NCBI GenBank assembly: GCA_963921275.4
Contig: OZ001293.3
Span: 2,080,001 to 2,144,000 of the forward strand
Reading direction: 5' to 3'
DNA from: an uncultured Hormoscilla sp.
GTDB taxonomy: Bacteria; Cyanobacteriota; Cyanobacteriia; Cyanobacteriales; Desertifilaceae
DNA length: 64,000 nt
Below, piece after piece: positions 10,183-20,434 of this stretch. The first letter of the stretch is position 1. Every line of letters begins with the position of its first letter. The translations under genes and the position numbers were made by a program. The notes beneath the pieces were generated by a model, which was not told the DNA's origin, did not search any database, and saw only the letters and a list, made by a program, of their open reading frames with translations.

Positions 10183-12183
10183 ATGACTTATAGAGATGTT
10201 TTGCTCCCCTTAAACCTCAAAGGCGATCGCAATATCTGCGTCGCTGTCCTTGACGGTCCTGTCGATCTCGCTCACCCCTGTTTCCAAGGAGCCGATCTGA
10301 CCGTGCTTCCCACCTTGGCTCCTACGGCTGCCCGTAGTGACGGCTTTATGTCCGCGCACGGCACCCACGTTGCCAGTATTATTTTCGGTCAACCGGAAAC
10401 TAGCGTTCGAGGTATCGCTCCCCAGTGTCGGGGGCTCATCGTCCCCATATTTTCCGACGATCGCAGGAGGACAACCCAGCTCGATCTAGCTCGGGGTATC
10501 GAGCGGGCTGCCATTGCCGGAGCCCACGTTATCAACATCAGCGGCGGCGAACTCACCGATTTTGGCGAGGCGGACGGGTGGCTCGAAAATGCTGTTAGCC
10601 TGTGTCGGCAGAAAAATATTTTGATCGTAGCTGCGGCAGGGAACAACGGCTGCGACTGCCTGCACGTTCCCGCCACCTTACCCGCCGTATTGGCCGTAGG
10701 CGCAATGGACGAGCGCGGGCATCCCTTGGACTTTAGCAACTGGGGATCTTCCTACGAGCAGCAGGGCATTCTCGCTCCCGGTGAAAATATTTTGGGGGCC
10801 AAGCTCGGTGGCGGCACAGAACGCCTCAGCGGCACCAGCTTTGCAACCCCAATTGTTTCCGGCGTCGCCGCCTTACTGCTGAGCAAGCAAGTTCGCCGGG
10901 GCGAAACCCCCGATCCCCAAAAGGTGCGCCAAGTGTTGTTGCAGAGTGCTTTGCCCTGCGACCCCGAGGTGCCCGAAGCGACCCGCCGCTGTCTGGCCGG
11001 GAAATTGAACATCTCTGGAGCTTTCACTTTACTGACAGGAGGAAATATGTCTGAAGAAGTCACGAACGCTGCCGTTCCCAGCGTAGAAGCGTCGGGGAAC
11101 TGTGGATGCGGCGGTGGACTCGTCACTGCCGATACCACTACCGAGTCCGGTCTGGTGCCGGAGCGGTCGGTGTTCGCTGCGACGAGTCCCGCTGCTATCG
11201 AAGCTGCCGGCAGCCTCGACCCCCAGCCCGTTCCATCGCCCACCCAACCCCCCGTACAAATGCCAGTCCAATTCCCTACACAAACACTCTCTATGACAAC
11301 CAATCAAGTTACACCCAGCCAAGCCCCCAGCGAACTTGCTAACAGTCAGTTCGTCTATGTCCTAGGAACTTTGGGCTACGACTTCGGCACCGAAGCTCGC
11401 CGCGACACCTTCAAGCAACTCATGCCGCCCTTTGAGTTTGCTGGTAATATGGTTCCGGCCAACCCCTACGATGCCCGTCAGATGGTGGACTACTTGGCTG
11501 GCAATATCTCAGAAGCGCGATCGCTGATCTGGACCCTTAACATAGAACTGACCCCGGTCTATGCCATTGACCCAACCGGTCCTTTTGCTTCGGAAACCTA
11601 CCACGCCCTTCAGGAACTGCTCGAAGGTCAAATCCAAGCGGAAGATAATGAAGAATACGTTGAGCGTGTCAGCATTCCCGGTATCTTGACCGGGCGATCG
11701 GTTAAGCTCTACTCCGGTCAAGTTATCCCGGTTGTTGAACCCCAAAGCACCCGCGGTCTCTACGGTTGGAAGGTTAATAACTTGGTAAATGCTGCCATGG
11801 AGGCAGTTCGCGCTGAAGGAGGGGATGCAGGGGAAGAGCGCATTCGCCAAACCTTGGATGGCTTTCTCAACCGCATCTACTACGATCTGCGCAACTTGGC
11901 AACCACTTCCCAAGACCGGGCCCTCAACTTTGCCGTTACCAACGCCTTCCAAGCTGCCCAAACCTTTAGCCAAGCGGTGGCGGTGGGCATGGAACTCGAC
12001 AGCGTTACTGTGGAGAAAAGTCCCTTCTGTCGCCTAGATAGCGACTGCTGGGATGTAAAGTTAAAGTTCTTCGACCCAGAAAACAACCGTCGTGCCAAGA
12101 AGATTTACCGATTTACCATTGATGTGAGCGATCTGGTTCCAGTTACTATGGGAGAAGTTCGTTCTTGGTCTTCTCCTTACTAA
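10183..12183 (+). CDS. patA: Cyanobactin N-terminal maturation protease (subtilisin-like plus C-terminal DUF), intact
   Basis: VAVLDGPVD / HGTHVASII / SGTSFATP catalytic triad; C-terminal YDFGTEARRD...DSDCWDV...EVRSWS DUF. Confidence 0.95.
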   Translation: MTYRDVLLPLNLKGDRNICVAVLDGPVDLAHPCFQGADLTVLPTLAPTAARSDGFMSAHGTHVASIIFGQPETSVRGIAPQCRGLIVPIFSDDRRRTTQLDLARGIERAAIAGAHVINISGGELTDFGEADGWLENAVSLCRQKNILIVAAAGNNGCDCLHVPATLPAVLAVGAMDERGHPLDFSNWGSSYEQQGILAPGENILGAKLGGGTERLSGTSFATPIVSGVAALLLSKQVRRGETPDPQKVRQVLLQSALPCDPEVPEATRRCLAGKLNISGAFTLLTGGNMSEEVTNAAVPSVEASGNCGCGGGLVTADTTTESGLVPERSVFAATSPAAIEAAGSLDPQPVPSPTQPPVQMPVQFPTQTLSMTTNQVTPSQAPSELANSQFVYVLGTLGYDFGTEARRDTFKQLMPPFEFAGNMVPANPYDARQMVDYLAGNISEARSLIWTLNIELTPVYAIDPTGPFASETYHALQELLEGQIQAEDNEEYVERVSIPGILTGRSVKLYSGQVIPVVEPQSTRGLYGWKVNNLVNAAMEAVRAEGGDAGEERIRQTLDGFLNRIYYDLRNLATTSQDRALNFAVTNAFQAAQTFSQAVAVGMELDSVTVEKSPFCRLDSDCWDVKLKFFDPENNRRAKKIYRFTIDVSDLVPVTMGEVRSWSSPY

Positions 12184-12276
12184 GAAACAGCCAAATATTA
12201 GTGTAAGTAAAACAAACTGTGCTTTCACTAAAAAAGTTACTCAACTTATTTACTATATTGTGGAGAATCCCGAACT

Positions 12277-12516
12277 ATGCGACTTCCGCTACTGTCTGCC
12301 CCTGTAAAACGCCCTCATTTCATCCAGCCTGCTCTATGTGTAGATGTTGAGAATGGCCGTGTTAAAGATTTGCTACATATTCGCATAGATCTTATGCACG
12401 GTGCTAACTATAATGACCCGCCAGCCTTTGCCAACCGCAGTTTCAACCAAGTGATGCACTCAAGTGCCAGCAATGGCTGGGGCGGGTTTGCCAGTAGTAT
12501 GGGACGCTTATTATGA
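12277..12516 (+). CDS. patB: Cyanobactin PatB/AcyB/McaB family protein
   Basis: MRLPLLSAPVKRPHFIQP...DLMHGANYNDP signature. Confidence 0.92.
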   Translation: MRLPLLSAPVKRPHFIQPALCVDVENGRVKDLLHIRIDLMHGANYNDPPAFANRSFNQVMHSSASNGWGGFASSMGRLL

Positions 12517-14091
12517 CTCAAGAAACGGAAACTCTATGGCAAATAGGTAAACCTGGTAAAAGAGGTCAGGAGTTTGTGCAAGCAGGTGGCTGGCAAGCTG
12601 AATTTACTTATGTTGTTGGGTCTGATGAGGATGGGGTCGAGCCGGGAATCGCTTCCCGACCCTCCCTTGAGGAACCGGACTTGCGATTTTCACCGCATCC
12701 GGCTACTGGGTACTAGGCCCTTTTCATAGGTAGACTTAATAGGAATTACTTCCGTTAGCCCTTGCCGCCTGTCTTTTCTTCCCTTTCCTGGTTTAGCGAG
12801 TGGTTGTTCTGATAACCGTTAGTATCACCATTTTCAAGTCAGTTTTACCAGTTATCCATACCTTATCCTCCACTTGCGTTTCGGATTAGTTCCGTGGCTT
12901 TTTAGGATTACTCATTCCAGCAGCTTCCTAGTATCACCGACCCACGTCAGCGCTGGCTACCCAGCATCATCTACATTACTGTAGATGTTATCCCAGGAAT
13001 TACCCCGGGCATTCGCTTCTTGGGCCATCCCTCCCCCCGTGGCTTGCGCTTAACATCTAACTTGTCCTGATGGACAGCACACGAGAGGTTACTTCGTTCC
13101 CTAACAACATTTCGCGATACCTTTAGGTCCACACTATACCCCGGGAGCTATTTGAGTACTATATTAGCCAGAGTCTAAAACTAATACTAGCTACCATTTC
13201 CTTTTTAGGCCAGCGCATATAGCCTTATTTCGCTGGTTCCTTATAACGAGGCTTGCACATGTTTGCCTGCTCTAACCTTGGATATCTTTCCTAGCGGCGT
13301 CACCGGCTTAGGCTGCCAGTTATCCTACATTTGAGTCCTCGCTTAGCACCACGATGATGTCGCTTCGTAGCACCGAGGACCGGTGTCACCCCCGTACCTG
13401 GGGGGAGGGGAATTTAACCCCCATGCGGTCAGAGTTCCCGGCTAATGAAACCGGGCTAGCGTTCCGTGTTTGACCACGTTAGGCTAGAACGAATCGCACA
13501 GACTCAATAAACCTACCCCATATGCCGCCATTGCTGTTGGTTCCAGGTCGCAAGACGAAGCAAAAGCGATACGGGAAGCAGATTTTTGCTACAGATAAAC
13601 TAAACATCCAATTTACCCTAGCCCAGGATTATAATGCCGAGGAACTCACGCTTTTTTACGACTTTTTGGGCTCTGAAACTGACACCCTGTTTGTAGATGG
13701 CGAGCCAGTGACGAAACTCGTAGGAGTCGGTAAAGACAAGCTGAAGCAAACTCAGATTACTTTACCCGCTCTGAGCGCAGGGGAACATACCCTGACCATC
13801 ACCACCTCTGGTGGGAAGGGAGATGGCAGACATTGGATTGACTACCTGAAGCTCGAGGGGATTGTCGCTCCTCAGCAACCAGAAACATCAAAGGAGGAAA
13901 CTATGGTTAATAAAAAGCCTACCGCAAAATCTCAAACGGCTGAGAAGAAAAAGTCTTACGTCATGACTTCTACGACGGGTATGCAAGACTAATCTTATTG
14001 GTCGCTCCACGTCCGCGATCGCTACGGGGAAGAGGCGAAAAAATATGAACGCGATCCCAAACCTTTCCGACGAGGGCGGATTTGGGCTTAA
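12513..14091 (+). pseudogene. patC: PatC/TenC/TruC-family gene with an extra N-terminal beta-sandwich domain; split by an antisense intron and a nonsense codon
   Basis: Removing 12629-13499 restores one frame (VGSDE-DSINLPHMPP); C-terminus TTGMQD*SYW...KPFRRGRIWA with in-frame TAA at 13990-13992. Confidence 0.85.
12629..13499 (-). mobile_element. ORF-less group II intron, inserted antisense in patC
   Basis: Minus strand starts GTGCGATTCGTT; domain V AGCCGGATGCGGTGAAAATCGCAAGTCCGGTTC followed by a DVI hairpin; no RT ORF; colinear with the prfC intron. Confidence 0.9.
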
Positions 14092-15756
14092 CTCTAAGGC
14101 TACCTCTTTTTAGTGATTTTGTATAAACGTACATCCTCGCCCGATGACGAACGAAAGATTGCTTCCTTTGTCAAAACTTACTTAACTTATTAGTCACAAA
14201 CCTTCGCTTTATGCAAGCAACCACGCTCCAAATTAAGCCCCACTTTCACGTTGAGATAATTGAGCCAAAGCAAGTGTATCTTCTCGGCGAACAGGGCAAC
14301 CACGCTCTCACCGGGCAGCTCTACTGCCAAATTCTGCCTTTCTTAAACGGCGAATACACCCTAGAACAAATTGTTGAAAAGCTCGACGGGCAAGTTCCGC
14401 AGGAATATATCGACTTCGTACTCAATCGTCTGGCGGACAAAGGCTATATAACTGAGGTGGCTCCAGAACTATCCCTGGAAGTGGCAGCATTTTGGAGCGA
14501 ACTGGGAATTGCTCCTTCTGTGGTGGCAGAAGGGCTAAAGCAGCCAGTGGTGTTGGCAAGGGCGGGCAAGGGCATTAGTGACTGGGTTTTGGCTACGCTC
14601 GCGGCAGCTCTGGAGGAAGCTGGCATTCATGTGTCAGATCCAAAGGCAGGGGATTCTACTGCCCAGCTTAAGGTCGTGTTGACCGATGACTATTTACAGC
14701 CGGAACTTGCAGCGATCGACAAGCAGGCGTTAGAGCGCCAACAACCCTGGCTGCTGGTTAAGCCTGTGGGCAGTATCCTCTGGTTGGGACCGGTGTTCGT
14801 TCCTGGGGAAACCGGATGTTGGCACTGTCTTGTCCATCGATTGCGAGGCAACCGCGAAGTTGAAGCATCGGTATTGCAACAAAAACGAGCGCTGCAGGAG
14901 CGCAACGGTCAACATGGGAATGGTAGAGTGGGTTGTTTGCCCACAGCACGGGCAACCCTACCTTCTACCCTACAAACAGGGTTAAAGTGGGCTGCCACCG
15001 AGATTGCTAAGTGGACGGTCAAACGGTACGTCAACGCCAAAGCACCGGGAAAAGCTCGTTTTCCCACTCTAGATGGCAAGATATTTACATTCAACCAGAC
15101 GATTCTGGAGTTGAAAGCTCATCCTCTGAGCCGACGGCCGCAATGTCCGACCTGTGGAGATCGAGAAATTCTACAACGGCGTGGTTTTGAACCTCTGAGA
15201 CTAGAGTCGCGCCCCAAACACTTCACCTCCGATGGCGGTCATCGCGCCATGACCCCAGAACAAACGGTGCAGAAATACCAACACCTAATCGGGCCGATAA
15301 CTGGGGTGGTGACAGAACTGGTGCGAGTTTCTGACCCTGCCAATCCCTTGGTGCATAGCTACCGGGCGGGGCATAGCTTTGGTAGTGCTATGTCTCTGCG
15401 GGGGTTACGGAATACCCTACGCTACAAGAGTTCTGGTAAAGGCAAGACCGATAGCCAATCTCGGGCGAGTGGGCTTTGTGAGGCGATCGAGCGCTATTCG
15501 GGCATTTTTCAGGGAGACGAACCCCGCAAATGGGCAACTTTGGCTGAATTAGGAGACGTGGCGATTCATCCAGAACAATGTTTGCACTTTAGCAACAGGC
15601 AGTATGAAAACCGGGATGCGCTCAACGCTCGGCAGCAGCCTATCGGTGGATTCCCAATCGGTTTGATGCCAGTCAATCCATAGACTGGACGCCCGTATGG
15701 TCGCTGACGGAGCAGAAGCACAAATACGTGCCCACTGCTATCTGTTACTATAACTA

Positions 15757-16768
15757 ACTCAAGTTGCGACCTATAAAAATTGGATACAAAAAGCTATGAT
15801 AAAGAGAATTATTTTCAACTCTAATCCCTTAGATGTAACAGCATGAATTGACTTGGGAAACAAATTGGTGATTCGACTAAAACAGGTTTCAACTTGTTTT
15901 CTTGTTACTTTTTGTATATATTCAAAACAAGAAGATTCTTTTCTTTTTGAGTTCTTTTTTCGCAAAGGTTTTAACATTATACTTGACGACTCTTTTAGTA
16001 AATCCTCTAATTGATAATCATTATAAGCTTTATCTCCATAAACTATTGAATTTGATGGTAAGTCAAAGCCAAAAGATTGCAAAACTTTAACATCATTATA
16101 ACTACCAGGATCTAGATAAAATTCTATTGGCTTTCCATTTTTGTTTACCAACATATGAACTCTTAATCCATAAAAATAACGTTTTTTACTGGCAATATAC
16201 CCTCGATATTCTTCCTTGTTATAAATTTGGCATCTATCAATCCTAATATTATCACATACTGGCACCGGGAAACTATCAAGAATATATTCTTGACCCGGAT
16301 TGAGCTCTTTAAATGTTTGAGCTATAACTTGGAAGAAAAACATCCAAATTGGTTCCTCAATATTGTGTAATCGACGATTGAACCTACTTTTACTTAACAG
16401 ATTTTTTATATACTTGTGTTGGACCATAAATTGACAAGAGCGATCGTGGTGTCCTCCGAAAAAATATGCAGCAACTAATCCGACTGTCATCACTTCGGCA
16501 TTGTTCATTTTTACTTGTGGATCTTCTTTTATATTTAACGCTTTTAGTAGCTCGTCACAAAGAACAAAAATTGTTGTAATCATATCTTCCATCATCTACA
16601 TCCCCCAGCAATTAACTATTATTTTAGTACATTATAACCTATAAACAGCCAACCCGCCGTCTAGCACAAAAAAAATATAATTTTGTATCAAAAGCTACGA
16701 AATATCCCAAATATCTGTAAAGTCTAAGTGGGTAATTCATATTTTTTTTAATAGGTCGCAACTTAGGT
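15757..16768 (-). mobile_element. IS982-family insertion sequence (1012 bp)
   Basis: 18-bp IRs ACTCAAGTTGCGACCTAT / ACCTAAGTTGCGACCTAT; 8-bp target duplication TATAACTA at 15749-15756 and 16769-16776; AT-rich. Confidence 0.92.
15771..16595 (-). CDS. IS982-family DDE transposase
   Basis: SKSRFNRR, ILDSFPVPVC, YFYGLRVH, YGDKAY, RKQVETCFS. Confidence 0.9.
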   Translation of the reverse strand: MMEDMITTIFVLCDELLKALNIKEDPQVKMNNAEVMTVGLVAAYFFGGHHDRSCQFMVQHKYIKNLLSKSRFNRRLHNIEEPIWMFFFQVIAQTFKELNPGQEYILDSFPVPVCDNIRIDRCQIYNKEEYRGYIASKKRYFYGLRVHMLVNKNGKPIEFYLDPGSYNDVKVLQSFGFDLPSNSIVYGDKAYNDYQLEDLLKESSSIMLKPLRKKNSKRKESSCFEYIQKVTRKQVETCFSRITNLFPKSIHAVTSKGLELKIILFIIAFCIQFL

Positions 16769-17697
16769 TATAACTACCCGCTGCCTCCGGCAGATCGCTT
16801 CTGTAAGGCTGATTCCAACGGAAACGCAGCAGGGAACTCCCTGGAAGAGGCAATTTTGCAAGGGTTTATGGAACTGGTGGAGCGCGATAGCGTAGCCCTG
16901 TGGTGGTATAACTGCCTGCGCCGTCCGGAAGTGGACTTGAGCAGTTTTGAGGAGCCATATTTTCTCCAGTTACAGCAGTTCTACCGCACCAAAAATCGCA
17001 AGATGTGGGTGCTGGATTTGACGGCTGACTTAGGGATTCCCGCCTTTGCAGGTTTATCCCGGCGCACGGTGGGTAGCTCGGAGCGGGTCTCAATCGGTTT
17101 TGGAGCGCACCTAGATCCTCAAATTGCCATCCTCCGGGCTCTAACTGAGGTCAGTCAAGTTGGGCTAGAGCTTGATAAAGTCCCTGACGAGAAACTTGAT
17201 AGGGAGTCAAAGGACTGGATGTTGGAGGTGACTTTAGAGACTCATCCCTGTTTGGCTCCCGATCCCTCCCAGCCTCGGAAAACTGCCGACGATTACCCGA
17301 AGCGCTGGAGCGATGACATTTATAGAGATGTCATGGATTGTGTGGAGATGGCCAAAGTTGCCGGACTAGAAACCTTAGTGCTAGACCAGACGCGATCGGA
17401 CATCGGCTTGAACGTTGTCAAGGTAATTATACCGGGAATGCGAACGTTTTGGTCGCGGTTTGGTTTGGGGCGACTCTACGATGTCCCCGTGAAGCTTGGT
17501 TGGCTGAAGGAGCCTCTAGCTGAAGCACAGATGAACTCTACGAACATCCCATTTTAAGAATTTTCAAGTTTGGGGGCAACAGGCTTCCCTACGTGCCGGA
17601 TGTTGCCCCAGTAGGCTTCTTCTCAAATGAAGAAGGGGAATGACCCACCCGAACGGGTCAATAAAGCAAAAAAAGACAACCAATGAGGTTTTTTTCA

Positions 17698-17943
17698 ATG
17701 GACAAGAAAAACATTCTGCCCCAACAAGGCCAACCCGTCGTCCGCTTGACTGCTGGTAAACTCCCCAGCCACTTGGCCGAACTCTCTGAAGAAGCTCTCG
17801 GCGATGCTGGTGTTGGTGCATCTTCCAGCAGTTGTATCTGCGCCTATGATGGTGTTGATGCATCTTCCAGCAGTTGTATCTGCGCCTATGATGGTGTTGA
17901 TGCATCTTCCAGCAGTTGTATCTGCGCCTACGATGCTGAGTAA
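17698..17943 (+). CDS. patE: Cyanobactin precursor peptide with three SSCIC core cassettes
   Basis: MDKKNILPQQGQPV leader, LAELSEEAL (RSI), GVGAS/GVDAS-SSCIC-AYD x3; GAGG Shine-Dalgarno upstream; 39-bp DNA repeat. Confidence 0.95.
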   Translation: MDKKNILPQQGQPVVRLTAGKLPSHLAELSEEALGDAGVGASSSSCICAYDGVDASSSSCICAYDGVDASSSSCICAYDAE

Positions 17944-18193
17944 GCGTAAGGATATATGGCTAATACAAAGTCCGCCTCAAAAGATTAAAAGCCAATCCCA
18001 AAAGGGATGCAGCAGATCTGGGTAGTTAACCTACATAAGCCGGATTTGGTATTAGATAGCTATAGAAGACGAGGTTAAAGATAGCCAAGTCGCTGAAACG
18101 TTCTTTTGAGTTTTGTGGGTGCAGGCTGTTCTCCTCTACCCTCGTCTTCTTTTATTTCAGTTGTTAAATCCTTACTTACTAAGATTCAAGATT

Positions 18194-19150
18194 ATGAACC
18201 TAACTTCAATACTTAAACATAATCGTCTCGCAGACCGCCGTCTTCAGTTTATGCGTGCCCATCAAGATGCTTTTGATGTGGAGGCAGCTTTCCCTCTGCC
18301 TATCTTTGAAGAGGCAATGCTTGAGATAGAGGGCGCTTGTGGATTTGAATGCTCTTGCAAAGTTGAAGCTGGCCAACTGCTAGCAGGGCGTTTTGAGATT
18401 TGTAATGATGTGGTAAAACCTTGGCCGGGATCCCTAACCCATGCAGTTAAGCTATTGGATCGGATTGAAAATCGGTTGGGCGTCCGCCTTAATCGTGACC
18501 TGTTCGAGCAGTTTGTAGCAGTACATCTTGGCTCTGGCAAAATCGATACTAATAGTATCGGCATTCACTTGGGTTCAAAGCAGGAAGATAACAGTATAAT
18601 AATATATATCTATCTCAATTACGATCGAGATCCTGAAGAATTGGTAAGAACAGCGATCGCTCTCGATGGGGGTTACTACTCAGATGAATTGAGACAGGTT
18701 CTAATGAGAGATACCATGCTCATCGGCTTTAAACTTTTTTTTGATGGTCGCAGTCATGTGGAGCTATGTCCTTGTGCTTCAGCAAAGCCTGGAAAATTGG
18801 GAAACAGAGGGAAGTATCTCATACCCTACATCCAAAAGCACTTTTCAGCAAAGGTGAATTACCTGTTTAGAGTTTCATCTATGGTGATGACAGGCTTTTC
18901 TAAAGCCTGTGTAAAACCAGTATACTGGTTTTACTTCGCCAACATCAAAGACATCTTAAAATATGTTTCATTTAATAGCTTAGGAGATCGGATATATAAT
19001 TTTTGTCAGAGTCAAAGTTGCATTACATTGTCTGCTGTAGCAGTTGCAGAGCAAGAGTTAGAGAAGAATAGGTTAGAAAATTTTTGTTTTTACTACAATC
19101 AACGTGACGAATGCCAACCGCATCCAAGTCCAGATTGGGACTTTTCTTGA
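18194..19150 (+). CDS. patF: PatF/TruF/LynF-family protein (PatF-like, lacks the D/R/K motif residues)
   Basis: RRLQFMRAHQDAFDVE...FNSLGDRIY...ELEKNRLENFCFYY; IGIHLGSK..NSIII segment. Confidence 0.88.
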   Translation: MNLTSILKHNRLADRRLQFMRAHQDAFDVEAAFPLPIFEEAMLEIEGACGFECSCKVEAGQLLAGRFEICNDVVKPWPGSLTHAVKLLDRIENRLGVRLNRDLFEQFVAVHLGSGKIDTNSIGIHLGSKQEDNSIIIYIYLNYDRDPEELVRTAIALDGGYYSDELRQVLMRDTMLIGFKLFFDGRSHVELCPCASAKPGKLGNRGKYLIPYIQKHFSAKVNYLFRVSSMVMTGFSKACVKPVYWFYFANIKDILKYVSFNSLGDRIYNFCQSQSCITLSAVAVAEQELEKNRLENFCFYYNQRDECQPHPSPDWDFS

Positions 19151-19320
19151 AAACAAGATTCGGTAATTATATATTAATTATCTATTGCCATGATTGCTCA
19201 TCCCTTTGCAGTTTCCCTCAACCCCGATATCCAAGTTCTCGGAAACTGAAAATGCAATTGTATGAGCCGGTATTTTCAGATAAATTTGTAAATCACCTTA
19301 AGATTACATCTCTAACTTCT

Positions 19321-20303
19321 ATGTTTCAACATAATCGTCTCAAAGACCGCCGTCTCCAGTTTCTGCGTGCCCATCAAGATGCTTTCGATGTAGAGCCAAC
19401 TTTTATTCTTTCGCTCTTTGAAGAAGCAGTATTGGGAATAGAAGGGAATTGTAGTGTCGAACCCTTTTGTAATGTTGAAAAAAATCGGTTGTTTGCAGCA
19501 GACTTTCATGTTTCTAATGAAGGACATACATGGCCAAGATCTTTGACTGATGCTGTAAAGTTCTTGGATCGAGTTGAAACTAAAGTAGGCGTTAAACTCA
19601 ATCGCGATTTGCTCGATCGGTTTGTGGCGGTACACATTGACTCCCATAAAATAATAAACAACACGATTGGAATCGACCTAAGACAGAGAAACGAGGATTC
19701 TTGCATCAAGGTATTTATGCACCTTGATTATGAAGAAGAGGCTGGAGAATTAGTGAGGACAGCGCTCGCACTTGATGGAGGCAGCTATTCGTCTGAATTA
19801 CTACAGGTATTACTTAAAAGCACTATTGTCATTGGGTTAATATTTTCCTGAATGGCTACAGTGATGTAGAGCTGTGGCCAGCTTGTGTGGGAGAGCAATA
19901 TGAAGGTCGTAAATTGAATCGAGGCAGGTATTTGAAAGATTATGTTCAGAAATTCTTTTCTACTAAAGTCAATTCTCTGTTAAGAGAATCGGCTGTATTG
20001 GCAGTCATTTTTTCTAAAGCGAAGAAGGCAGAGCCAATTCTAGCATTTCATTATGAAGATATTAAAGACATACGAAAGTATTTCTCATTCAACAGTTTAA
20101 GCGATAGAATTTACAGCTTTTTTCAGACTCAAGATTGCATCAATGGTCCTGGTGTGAATGTGACGGAGTTGGAATTAGAAAAAGATCGATTGGAAAATTT
20201 TAGTTTGTTTTATAATAAACGCGATAACTGTCAGCCTATGCCTTTTCTTCAAATGCCGATTGATAATCAACGTTTCGTTAGGCTTATGCTTCAAGTGAAT
20301 TAA
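19321..20303 (+). pseudogene. Second PatF/TruF-family prenyltransferase, 1-nt deletion near 19838
   Basis: RRLQFLRAHQDAFDVE...IGIDLR...SCIKVF; GGG TT AAT ATT TTC CTG AAT GGC needs one more T to read IGFNIFLNGYSDVELWP and join ORF 19887-20303. Confidence 0.85.
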
Positions 20304-20434
20304 ATGAATAAAACTTTGTTATAACATCCTCTCAAGTCTTCTTAACGTCGAATTATGTGCTATTCTGAAAGCTTATCAGATAGCTACTACTATCAAAGTA
20401 CTCACCTAATTATCGCTTCCCATTATCCATAACC

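Larger units (their letters stand above)
14211..17557 (+). pseudogene. patD: PatD-type YcaO cyclodehydratase, frameshifted near 15628 and IS-interrupted
   Basis: LQIKPHFHVEIIEPKQVYLLGEQ...RRPQCPTCG...SSGKGKT; frame slips at NA(R)/SAAAYRWIP; after IS removal it reads CYYNYPLPPADRFCKADSNGNAAG...TNIPF. Confidence 0.93.

Noticed and set aside
17564..18025. Repetitive ORFs MHQHHHRRRYNCWK and MLVLVHLPAVVSAP
   Set aside because: Alternative frames of the patE cassette repeat
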